Origin: Nitrospirota bacterium
GTDB lineage: Bacteria; JACPQY01
Length of the DNA: 64,000 nucleotides
NCBI GenBank assembly: GCA_016190245.1
Contig: JACPQY010000008.1
Location: 45,938 to 109,937 of the forward strand
Direction: 5' to 3'
Positions 44,550 to 53,203 of the stretch are shown here, piece after piece (the first letter of the stretch is position 1; each line of letters begins with the position of its first letter). The position numbers and the translations under genes are program-made. Below the pieces are notes generated by a model. It was not told where the DNA came from. It saw nothing but the letters and a program-made list of their open reading frames with translations, and searched no databases.

Positions 44550-46948
44550 TGGTTCGCAAGACGATCCGGCTGCTTCTCCTGTTCCTCGCGCTCGTCGCGC
44601 TGAGGAAAATCCTTTTCGAGCCGCCTCACTGGGCGCCGGACGTCCTGGGCGCCCTGCCGAGGGGCGAGGTGCTGAACCGCGGAAGCCATGAAGTGGTGGA
44701 GCGGTTGGCGGAGAAGAGGCCCGACCTCACGAACTACGACGAGGTGAGCGACCCCCGCATCCAATCGGTCTTCAGGGAGGGAACCGCTTTCCAAAAGTCG
44801 GGCCCGCGCGCCGGTCAGACTTGGGCCGCGGTAGGGCGCCTTGGGTTCGCCCTCGAATCCATGCCGGTGGTGATCGTGCCCGCGGGAGGCACGGTCGAGT
44901 ACCGTGTCACACTCCCGGAAGGCGCGGATTTCGAGACGCATGTGGCCGGGTGGTTTTCTCGGGAGGGCACACCCCGCCCCCTTCGTTTCACGGTGGACGT
45001 GGTCTCGGAACACCAGGTGACGCGCGTGGTGGACCGGACGGCTCCTCCCGCGCAGCCGCCAGGGACGACCCTTCTCCACCGAGCGGCGGCCACGCTTGAA
45101 AGGTGGACTCTTCGCGGTGCGCGCCCAAAGCGGTGGCTGCTCAAACAAGTGGAGGCGGACCTGTCCGAGTGGAGTGGCCGTTCAGTCGCGCTGCGCCTTC
45201 GTGTGGAGGACGAGGCGGGCGCGCCGTCCGCAGGGGTCGGCCTTTGGGGCGCGCCGACAATCCTGGGGGCGCCTGAAGGGGCGAAACCTAACCTGCTCTT
45301 CCTCGTGATCGACGGGCTCAGCCCGTATTTCACTGACTGCCTGGAGGATCGGGCGTGGACCGATACGCCGGTCATCGCCGACCTTTGCCGGAAAGGGGAG
45401 GTGGTGCGCCGAATGTACACCGCCGCGAACGGAACTCGGGCGAGCATTGCAGCGTTGGCGCACTCGTCCCGCGCCTCGGACTTGCTCCTGCCGATCTACG
45501 ACCGCGAGATCCCCGAGCGGGTGCGTCTCCTGCGCGCGTGGGGTCCGCCGTCACTCTTCGAGCGACTGGCCGGGCGCGGCTATCGCACCGCGGGCATTCA
45601 CGACAACATCTTTGCGATCGAAACCCACGAGGCTGGGTACGATCTCGGGATCGAGGAATCCTACGTTGTGCACGGCACGATGCAGGACACACCGAACATC
45701 GTCCGCCTCGCCTCGAACTGGCTCCAGAATCACCGCGGGGTCCACTTCGCCCTCTACGTGCACGTGGACGTCACGCACGATCTGTTCAAGGTGCCGCCCC
45801 TTCGCGACATGGCGGCGACACTTGTCCATGCGCCCGCCGCCGTCCCGAAGGCGTTTCGCTACGCCTCGGGCGCTCACTACGCAGACCGTGTGACGGGCTG
45901 GTTCCGGGATCTCCTGCGCACGGAGGGGCTCGATGGTCGAACCGTCTTCATTGTTTTGTCCGATCACGGCAACGTGTTCAGCCGGGACAAGCCACGCGCG
46001 TACTACTCCAAGCGCAACGGGAGGTGGCAGTGGAGCCGTCCCTACGGCCGGCACGGGGGAACCGCCTACGAGGATGACCTGAGGGTCTTGTGGGTGGCGA
46101 ACGGTCCTGGCGTTCGGCCAGGCGTCAAGGAATTCGGGTGGCTGCCCGATGAGGCGGCGAGATGGGCGGAGGCTGTATTCGAAGGTGTTGAAGACGCTTC
46201 CAAGGACTCTATCGGCGCCTGCCGCCCCGTGGACATGCAAATGGGCGAGGCCTGGGTCTGCCCGGATGGACTGAAGTACCTCCGATTCCTGAAGGGTGTA
46301 CGCGTCCGTGGGGATGGTCCCGAGCGGCCTGCGGAGGACGAGGTGTGGCGCGTTGGAAGCGGCTATGAAGAGCACGTGCTTTCCGGCCCCGAACTGGCCG
46401 AAGCACGAAGGCACGGACCTCCACCGGAGAATCCCCCCCCCCGAGGATGGGTGCTCAGGATCCCGCCCGATTCTTCAATCCAAGGAGAGGCCACCACGCA
46501 AGGTCGAGCCCAGCGGTTCGAGGGGGATGCTGCGAGGCGGGCGCCCCCCGCCGTCGCCTCGGACGAGGGCCTCGGATGCCGCTTCCGTGAGGTCGGAGCT
46601 GATCGGGTTTCGTTTGAAGGGCGGACGCAGGGGGACTGGTGCGAATTCTACTTCGAACTGCCAGGCCCAGCCCTCCGGTTGGACCTGAGGGATGGTGGGC
46701 GGAGCGTCGCGGCTGTTTCTCTCGGCCCACTCGGTATCAAGGCAACCGGGCCGGGTTTCCAGCTTGACGTGTCCAAGGCACCCCTACTGCGAGCGGACGC
46801 CGGCATGCCTTCTGTGTTCCTGTCGGAGTACCCCATGCTCTACACCACCTCGCGTCGGGCTTGGGCCTATTCGGATCTCCCCACCGCCCTGAGCCGCCAG
46901 ACCCCCGAAGTGGTCCAGATCATGAAGGACTGGGGCTACCTCAAGTAG
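44549..46948 (+). CDS. Sulfatase-like / alkaline-phosphatase-superfamily protein (third paralog)
   Basis: It has an N-terminal TM segment and the motif PNLLFLVIDGLSPYFTDCL, which is family-like. The start overlaps the upstream gene stop as TGATG. The assignment is weaker than for the previous two. Confidence 0.55.
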   Translation: MVRKTIRLLLLFLALVALRKILFEPPHWAPDVLGALPRGEVLNRGSHEVVERLAEKRPDLTNYDEVSDPRIQSVFREGTAFQKSGPRAGQTWAAVGRLGFALESMPVVIVPAGGTVEYRVTLPEGADFETHVAGWFSREGTPRPLRFTVDVVSEHQVTRVVDRTAPPAQPPGTTLLHRAAATLERWTLRGARPKRWLLKQVEADLSEWSGRSVALRLRVEDEAGAPSAGVGLWGAPTILGAPEGAKPNLLFLVIDGLSPYFTDCLEDRAWTDTPVIADLCRKGEVVRRMYTAANGTRASIAALAHSSRASDLLLPIYDREIPERVRLLRAWGPPSLFERLAGRGYRTAGIHDNIFAIETHEAGYDLGIEESYVVHGTMQDTPNIVRLASNWLQNHRGVHFALYVHVDVTHDLFKVPPLRDMAATLVHAPAAVPKAFRYASGAHYADRVTGWFRDLLRTEGLDGRTVFIVLSDHGNVFSRDKPRAYYSKRNGRWQWSRPYGRHGGTAYEDDLRVLWVANGPGVRPGVKEFGWLPDEAARWAEAVFEGVEDASKDSIGACRPVDMQMGEAWVCPDGLKYLRFLKGVRVRGDGPERPAEDEVWRVGSGYEEHVLSGPELAEARRHGPPPENPPPRGWVLRIPPDSSIQGEATTQGRAQRFEGDAARRAPPAVASDEGLGCRFREVGADRVSFEGRTQGDWCEFYFELPGPALRLDLRDGGRSVAAVSLGPLGIKATGPGFQLDVSKAPLLRADAGMPSVFLSEYPMLYTTSRRAWAYSDLPTALSRQTPEVVQIMKDWGYLK

Positions 46949-46966
46949 CATGCCCACAGTGTCAGC

Positions 46967-48106
46967 ATGAAGATCGCCGTCAACCTGAAAACAGTGGCTC
47001 GTGAAACGATGGGGATCGGCGTCTACGCCATGGAGTTGGCGCGACGGTTTCCCGCGCACGCCCCCTCCCACCAGTTCACCTATCTCGTCCGATCGGACGA
47101 TGTTTTCGAGCCCGCCGACCGGGATCATCGCGTCCGGTACCTGGCTGTTCCCCCGTCTCTCCGGAGCAAGCAAGGGCTCATTCTATGGGAGCACCTGGGG
47201 ATGCCACACCGTTTTGATCGGGACGGCGCCGATGTGGTGTTTCTCCCGGAGACGGTGGTGCCTCTCCGCCGTTTCGATGCGCCTGCCGTCGTCACCGTAC
47301 ACGATCTGGCCTATGCCGAAGCCGGAGAGACGATGACCGTGGCCAAGAGGCTCTACAAAGGGTGGTCGGCCCGCCACGCGGCCGGCCGGGCGGCCCATTT
47401 TGTTGCGGACTCGGACTACACCGCCGAAAGCATGAACCGGATACTGGGTGTGCCTCGATCGAAAACGACAACGGTGCCGCTGGGCGTGGACGGCGAGATC
47501 TTCCGACCGATACCCGATCCGGATCGCCGGCAGCCCCTCTGGAGCCGACTGGGGATCGGCACGGCGCCCTATCTACTGTACGCGGGAAACATCAATCCCA
47601 AGAAGAACATCGGCATGCTGATCGAGGCGTATCGCGAGGTCAGGCGCCAATGGGGGAACGATCTTCGGCTCGTATTTTCGGGCAAGATCGGATGGAAACT
47701 GAACGAGTTGTCGGCCTGGATAGCGGGCGAATGGCGGGACGGCATCCGGCACGTCGGATTCCTCTCGCGCGAGGATCTGGTGATGCTCTACTCCGAGGCC
47801 GCCATGCTGGTGTATCCGAGCAGCCACGAAGGATTCGGTCTTCCCCTTGCCGAGGCGATGGCCTGCGGGTGTCCGGTGGTCTCCACTCGGCGCACTTCAA
47901 TCCCGGAGGTGGTGGGCGATGCCGGAATCCTGGTCGAGGATATTTCCCCGGCCACGCTCGGCGACGCCATTCTTCGGCTTCTCCGAGAGCCGGGACTTCG
48001 AACCGATCTCGTCGGACGCGGATTGGAACGCGCCCGCCTCTTTTCCTGGGACCGCGCGGCACGGTTGACCTTGGAGGTGATCGAAACCATCGGCCGGCAG
48101 CGTTAG
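46967..48106 (+). CDS. Glycosyltransferase family 4 (GT-B, group 1)
   Basis: It has the EGFGLPLAEAMACGCPVVSTRRTSIPEVVGDAG motif (E-x7-E region). Confidence 0.8.
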   Translation: MKIAVNLKTVARETMGIGVYAMELARRFPAHAPSHQFTYLVRSDDVFEPADRDHRVRYLAVPPSLRSKQGLILWEHLGMPHRFDRDGADVVFLPETVVPLRRFDAPAVVTVHDLAYAEAGETMTVAKRLYKGWSARHAAGRAAHFVADSDYTAESMNRILGVPRSKTTTVPLGVDGEIFRPIPDPDRRQPLWSRLGIGTAPYLLYAGNINPKKNIGMLIEAYREVRRQWGNDLRLVFSGKIGWKLNELSAWIAGEWRDGIRHVGFLSREDLVMLYSEAAMLVYPSSHEGFGLPLAEAMACGCPVVSTRRTSIPEVVGDAGILVEDISPATLGDAILRLLREPGLRTDLVGRGLERARLFSWDRAARLTLEVIETIGRQR

Positions 48107-48159
48107 GCTCTTCATCCGTGTTTGGCAGAAGAATCATCGAAGGGTAATATCCTGCCAAC

Positions 48160-48645
48160 GTGTCTTCCGAGTCGCTTGAAGCCTGGCAGATCAACACTGA
48201 ACGGATGGCCGAGCAGATCCGGGAAGCTCGCGCCCCCTGCCGCACGGAGGAAGACCTCAAGATGAGGGTCGATCCGATCCTTCGGTCCGCATTTGAAAAG
48301 ATCGGCCTCGACGTCGAGAGCGTGAGATACGAACACGCCACCGGTTACCACGGCCGCATTGACGCATTGTACGGCTTTATGATCATCGAGTACGAAGCCC
48401 CGGGGAAGCTGAAGACTCGTCAAGGTTACAACGAGAGCATCGGCCAACTTCAGGCATACCTTGACGAGACGGCCTCCACGTTGGGGCAGGATCGGAAGGC
48501 AATCTTTTCGATCTTGGTGGGCGTCGAACGGAATCGAATGCTCGAATCCGTCGTCTTGCGCTGCGGCCTTATAGTATGGCAGGATCGCCGCATGGCTGAG
48601 CATCATGAGGAAGGCGGTTTGGACCGGAGCGTTGGGAGCCGATAA
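48160..48645 (+). CDS. Hypothetical protein (island gene 1)
   Basis: The 161-aa ORF has acceptable codon bias. Its stop overlaps the next start as TAATG. No motif is recognisable to me. Confidence 0.4.
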   Translation: MSSESLEAWQINTERMAEQIREARAPCRTEEDLKMRVDPILRSAFEKIGLDVESVRYEHATGYHGRIDALYGFMIIEYEAPGKLKTRQGYNESIGQLQAYLDETASTLGQDRKAIFSILVGVERNRMLESVVLRCGLIVWQDRRMAEHHEEGGLDRSVGSR

Positions 48646-49349
48646 TGCCGCCTCTTCGGCCCATGCCGCCTATTTCACTGCCTGTCGCCAAGCTGGCGCC
48701 TATTGGAACACATTGGAATGCTGGCGCGCTGACCCTTCCAAAATCATGGGGTGAGAGGGTGGGCGATCTGTGCGATCGGGTGGTAGGGGAGTGTCTTGCC
48801 AAGATGCTTGGCGACATCCCCGTGATGAAACCGGTCAAGTCGACAGCACTACTTCCTCCCGCGCCGGACTGCGTTGAAGTTGGACCCGCCCGCGTCATCG
48901 GTGGGATTCGGCCGCAGAACTTTGATGTGGCGTATCGTCCGGATGGTGTGCGATTCGCTTTTGACAGCAAGACGCTCAATACGAGGAAAAGCCTGTCGAA
49001 AAACTACCAGAACATGATAAACGATCTGGGTACCGAAGCAGCTACGGTGCATACGCGCTTTCCTTCCGCTATTGTCGCCTTTGTCGTGGCAGTGCCTGAA
49101 CCTTGTCTTTCGACTCACCGCAAGAACTTGACCACGGCATTGACCCGGCTCGCCGGTCGCAGGAGCAGTAGCGGGGATGTTCACAAGGCTGAGGCGATTT
49201 CACTCTTGGTTTGGAATCCGCACGATGGGTCCGCTGACAAGGATTGGCCGCCAAGAAGCTCTCCGCTGAGAATCGAGGAATTCTCCGCTCAGATTGAGCT
49301 GTGCTACATGGACCGTTTTGCCGGGTTGCCCCCTCACAACGTTGGTTGA
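48645..49349 (+). CDS. Hypothetical protein (island gene 2), a candidate restriction-endonuclease/specificity partner of the adjacent methyltransferase
   Basis: The 234-aa product has a weak PD...DxK-like string (YRPDGVRFAFDSK). It is translationally linked to genes 1 and 3. Confidence 0.35.
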   Translation: MPPLRPMPPISLPVAKLAPIGTHWNAGALTLPKSWGERVGDLCDRVVGECLAKMLGDIPVMKPVKSTALLPPAPDCVEVGPARVIGGIRPQNFDVAYRPDGVRFAFDSKTLNTRKSLSKNYQNMINDLGTEAATVHTRFPSAIVAFVVAVPEPCLSTHRKNLTTALTRLAGRRSSSGDVHKAEAISLLVWNPHDGSADKDWPPRSSPLRIEEFSAQIELCYMDRFAGLPPHNVG

Positions 49350-51144
49350 GCGGGACCACCATCCAGTAAAGAACGGCGCCAAGGTGCTGGCGTCCAGGAA
49401 GTTCAGCACGCCAAGGTACTCACGCAAGAAGTCCGTGGAGTACGCCCAGGGTGCTGGACCGGTGATCCCCCTTGCGATTGCGGAGGAGCAGCAGATCTCT
49501 CTCATTGAGGGCATAGGCAAAGCCCGGCAGGGTGGGGCTGTCCCATCAAAGATTCCGGGTCGCTATCATCGGAATGGTACAGAAGAAAAGATTCGCGGGG
49601 CGGTCTACACTCCGCCTCGCGTGGCGGCCTCACTGACTCGCTGGGCGGTTCGTTCACGCGTGGACAAGGTCTTGGATCCATCCTGTGGAGAAGGAGTCTT
49701 CCTCTCGGCGGCGCGGACTCGACTAGCCGACTTGGGAGCACGCAAGCCGGAATGCTTGGGGGTGGACATTGATTCAGAGGCGGCGGCTCAGTCCGGAGCC
49801 ATTTGTGCCGACTTTTTCCGTTGGATTGGGATCGCCTCGAAATTCGATGCTATCATCGGCAATCCGCCATTTGTGCGTTCGCATCTTTTCCCGGAGGATA
49901 GCCGGGCGTTGGCTTTCGATGAGATGGCGAAAATGGGCCTGCGCGGGTCGCGCCTCATGAGTACATGGGCGCCTTTTCTTGCTCTATGCTGCAAGACCCT
50001 TGGTGAACAGGGAAGGTTGGCCATGGTTATCCCTGAGGAGTTGCTTGCCGTCGGTTATGCTGAAGGATTGCGGAAGTATCTGCTCAACCGATTCCGGCGG
50101 GTGATTGTTTGTTTCCCTGCTGAAGGAATCTTTCCGGAAGTCCAGCAGGCCGTCATCCTGCTATTGTGTGATAACGATTCCAGCGGCAAGAGCGGATTAC
50201 TGACGATGGAGTATTCTTCGCTGGAGGAAGGAGATTTCGAGGCTGTGAATCCTGCGGCGCCATGGGAATGGAATGGGAAATGGACACATCTTTTCTTGTC
50301 CCCATGGGACAGACGCCGTGTTGTCGAATGGTGGCTGCAGTCGGATTGGCAGCCATTCTACTCTTATGGCCGGGTCGAGGTCGGTATCGTGACGGGTGAC
50401 AACAGCTTCTTCATCCTCAACCGAGAGGAAGCTCGGCGATTTGACGGGAAGCATCTGGTTCCGATTGTGACCAGCGCCAAAGATCTTCGCGGGATCAAGT
50501 TCGGCGCTGATGATTTCAAGAGAGTGCTCAGAGAAAGTCGTCCTGCCTTCCTGATCAATCTGGCAGAATCCAAGGGGAGATTGTCCGCATCAGAGCGTTC
50601 GTACTTGGAATTGGGAGAACGGGAGCAGATCCCTGAACGCTACAAATGCCGGGTCCGGGAGCCTTGGTACGCCGTGCCGAGCGTTTGGGCACCTGACGGC
50701 CTACTCCTGCGGCAGGCGGGGGAAATGCCGCGATTGGTGCACCTTACGAAGAAATGCACCGCAACGGACACTATACACAGAGTAACCTGGCGCTCACCTA
50801 AGTTGGGCCGACGTCATTCGGTAAGCTTCATGAACACCTGGACGCTCATGGCTGGGGAGTTGATGGGACGGAGCTACGGCGGCGGCGTATTGGAGTTGAT
50901 GCCAAGCGAGGCCAATCGGCTGCCCATGCCGGGACCGAGCCAAGCCCTCGACGAGGCGTTCGATGCGGTGGACGAGAGAGTGCGATCTCGCAACTTCCAC
51001 GATGCAGTGTCCATCGTTGACGACTTGGTTATGCCGTGTTGGATGTCGAAGGAAGATAGAAGCGCCGCCGGAGGGATACTTAGCAAACTCATTTCTCGTC
51101 GGAAGGTACGCAGCGCGGCACAGGTGGATGTTGTTGGCCATTGA
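49294..51144 (+). CDS. N6-adenine-specific DNA methyltransferase, gamma class (M.TaqI/Eco57I-like), with a C-terminal target-recognition region
   Basis: Motif X is VYTPPRVAASL. Motif I is VLDPSCGEGVFL. Motif IV is IIGNPPFVRS. The start is uncertain: ATG at 49294 overlaps the upstream gene by 56 nt, and TTG at 49342 is an alternative. Confidence 0.8.
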   Translation: MSCATWTVLPGCPLTTLVERDHHPVKNGAKVLASRKFSTPRYSRKKSVEYAQGAGPVIPLAIAEEQQISLIEGIGKARQGGAVPSKIPGRYHRNGTEEKIRGAVYTPPRVAASLTRWAVRSRVDKVLDPSCGEGVFLSAARTRLADLGARKPECLGVDIDSEAAAQSGAICADFFRWIGIASKFDAIIGNPPFVRSHLFPEDSRALAFDEMAKMGLRGSRLMSTWAPFLALCCKTLGEQGRLAMVIPEELLAVGYAEGLRKYLLNRFRRVIVCFPAEGIFPEVQQAVILLLCDNDSSGKSGLLTMEYSSLEEGDFEAVNPAAPWEWNGKWTHLFLSPWDRRRVVEWWLQSDWQPFYSYGRVEVGIVTGDNSFFILNREEARRFDGKHLVPIVTSAKDLRGIKFGADDFKRVLRESRPAFLINLAESKGRLSASERSYLELGEREQIPERYKCRVREPWYAVPSVWAPDGLLLRQAGEMPRLVHLTKKCTATDTIHRVTWRSPKLGRRHSVSFMNTWTLMAGELMGRSYGGGVLELMPSEANRLPMPGPSQALDEAFDAVDERVRSRNFHDAVSIVDDLVMPCWMSKEDRSAAGGILSKLISRRKVRSAAQVDVVGH

Positions 51145-51349
51145 GCGATGATCGAGCATACGAGGTTTGGCATCCGGGGACCTTGATGATCCGTTCACAT
51201 AGGTTCCCCCTCCGCCACCCGAAGTTCGATCCCCGACACCGCTCCCACATTCGCCTTTGCGAACTTTCGGAAAAAGCGCACGAGAAGGTGAAACGCGGGA
51301 CGACCATTGATGACATTGACGGGGAAATAGACGAAAATGTGAGGAAGCT

Positions 51350-52237
51350 GTGGAATATCGGGTCTTGAATCCCAAGGATGGCGACTACCCGCGGCGTCTG
51401 AGAGAGCGCCTGGGCAGGGAAGCCCCCACGCTGTACGCCCTCGGACCCCTCGAACACCTGTCGAGATGGACACTCGCCTTTCTGACAGCCGACCAGGAGC
51501 CTGGATTCGTAATCCGCGCTGCATGGGATATGTTCTTCCCGGTCTTGGAATACGAAATGAACGCCATCGGCCCATGGCAGTCCGTCAATGAGGGGGTCTT
51601 TCTGAGATCCGCCCTCGAAAAGCCGTGGATTTCGATGACGCTTTTCACAGCGAAGGGATTGGAGCGCGAAACGTACACAAGCTTTCTCGATGCCCGCCAT
51701 CCGGGGCGCTTTCACGATTTCCTCCAGCGGCCGGAGTACGAGCGTCGTGCTGCCGCGGGGGAACTCCTTTTGCTGTCGATTTCTCCTCCACGGCACGGCC
51801 GTCAGTCGCGCGCGGTCATCCTCGAACGTAACTGGATTGCGTGCCATCTGGCCGATGTCGTTTTCATCGGCGGGGCGGAAAAGATCACCAAGGTGTGGGA
51901 TGCCGAACGGCGGAAATACAACGAGAAACCCCAAAAGACGTTCGCACTGGCCCGACGCCTTGTGAAAACGGGCGTGCCTATTTTCACCGTGGATCACGAG
52001 GACAACAAGGAACTCCTCGCCCTGGGCGTTCCGGGGTACAATCCGAAGACGATCCGCCCGCTTCTTGAATCCCTTGGCGCCCGGAAAGGTCGTGCGCCGG
52101 AATTGCCGGTCTTGACGACCAACGACGAAGAAGTCCCGTCCAATGAATCTGCGTCCGCCTCCGTTCCAGCCAAGTCCCGCCCGGCGGAGCAACTCAAACT
52201 GCTCCATCTGTCCCCCAACCCCCGAAAGCCCGGTTGA
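51350..52237 (+). CDS. DprA/Smf-family (SLOG-fold) protein, divergent
   Basis: The N-terminal YPRRLRERLGREAPTLYALG matches the DprA motif YP.LL.EI.DPP.VLY..G. The segment ILERNWIACHLADVVFIGGAEK matches the DprA motif ERNRIIAGLSDATLVVEAAEKSG. The start is GTG at 51350 and is uncertain. Confidence 0.5.
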   Translation: MEYRVLNPKDGDYPRRLRERLGREAPTLYALGPLEHLSRWTLAFLTADQEPGFVIRAAWDMFFPVLEYEMNAIGPWQSVNEGVFLRSALEKPWISMTLFTAKGLERETYTSFLDARHPGRFHDFLQRPEYERRAAAGELLLLSISPPRHGRQSRAVILERNWIACHLADVVFIGGAEKITKVWDAERRKYNEKPQKTFALARRLVKTGVPIFTVDHEDNKELLALGVPGYNPKTIRPLLESLGARKGRAPELPVLTTNDEEVPSNESASASVPAKSRPAEQLKLLHLSPNPRKPG

Positions 52238-52992
52238 GTGTGAAAACGGTGGATGCCAACTCTCGTCAGGAACGGGCTGAAATCGAGGTTTTTGGTCAGT
52301 TCGTGCAGGCGGCAATGTTGCGTGTGGAACAGGGATCGATTCAGAAACGGAACCCGCCGGAACCGGACATCCTCTGCCACGTGGAGGGGGAGGGACCCGT
52401 AGCATTCGAACTTGTTGAACTCATCGACCGGGATTTTGCGCGCAAAATAAATACCGCCATTGATCTGAAAGGGCGATTGGAGGAATTATTCAATCAATTG
52501 CCGCAGAACGAACGTGACGAGATTTCTCACAGGTTCGGAAATGCGGTAGTTGAGGTCGTTCCGAGAAATGGGGCATCCTCCCGTCGGGTGGAGTCTGATC
52601 TGCCGAATGTGCTGCGCGCCTTGCAGACGGCTCCCTTCGGATTGGAGGACATGGTTTCAGCGACTGCATTGGGCCTTGAAGCGACTGAGATCAATCATCT
52701 GCTTGTTGCCCGTGGGGAATTGAATGGTCCGTGTTTCGACTTGGACACCACCCTTACTTGCAGCGACCCGACGGTCGAGAGAATTGCCGCGAAATTCAAG
52801 AAGAATTACAAGACTACCGCCCCGATCGAACTCTTGGCGTACTCGGAACTGCAACCCCCAGCCCCTGGGAACACTTGGAAGCCTTCACTTCTCGAGTATT
52901 GCCAGTCCAACTTGGGCCAGAGTCCCTTCCGTCGCATCTGGATTTTCTGCATAAGGTCAAGGGAAATACTGTTAACATTTCCGGAGACATAG
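52234..52992 (+). CDS. Hypothetical protein (island gene 5), lowest-GC gene in the window
   Basis: The 252-aa ORF starts at a TTG that overlaps the upstream stop as TTGA. No family is recognisable to me. Confidence 0.4.
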   Translation: MSVKTVDANSRQERAEIEVFGQFVQAAMLRVEQGSIQKRNPPEPDILCHVEGEGPVAFELVELIDRDFARKINTAIDLKGRLEELFNQLPQNERDEISHRFGNAVVEVVPRNGASSRRVESDLPNVLRALQTAPFGLEDMVSATALGLEATEINHLLVARGELNGPCFDLDTTLTCSDPTVERIAAKFKKNYKTTAPIELLAYSELQPPAPGNTWKPSLLEYCQSNLGQSPFRRIWIFCIRSREILLTFPET

Positions 52993-53203
52993 GGATTTGG
53001 TGAGGATCGTCCAGCGATCCTTCGCTCTACACATTTTCTTTCCCCTGACTGGCTCAGCTTTCCAATGCGTGGGTTCTCTTGCGAACCGGCTCCGAGAGCT
53101 TGATCGTACCCAAGCCGGGCAGCGATGGTTGCCTTACGAGTGGCAGCCCAGCCCTGCTGTTGACTGGCTACCCTCAACTCCTACGGCCTGAATCATCAAC
53201 TTG

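Larger units (their letters stand above)
48107..53203. other. Compositionally distinct low-GC island (roughly 38-60% GC in sampled 60-nt windows, vs about 68% flanking) inserted between a GT4 gene and a flippase gene. It has five + strand genes and no integrase. It is a putative horizontally acquired defense island.
   Basis: I counted GC in sample 60-nt windows: 47% at 48121, 52% at 50101, 38% at 52441. Flanking genes have GC3 above 85%. The island genes include a DNA methyltransferase and a DprA/SLOG-like protein. Confidence 0.55.

Noticed and set aside
40433-46948. Idea that the FGE-family gene at 32.6 kb matures these 'sulfatases'
   Set aside because: None of the three proteins has the C/S-x-P-x-R formylglycine motif. 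The aligned position holds Thr, so they are better explained as LtaS/EptA-like transferases, and the FGE protein as NirV-like.
48107-53203. Prophage or integrative element with integrase
   Set aside because: No integrase, transposase or tRNA target is seen at either boundary. Only a weak 8-mer direct repeat is present. I call it a compositional island only.
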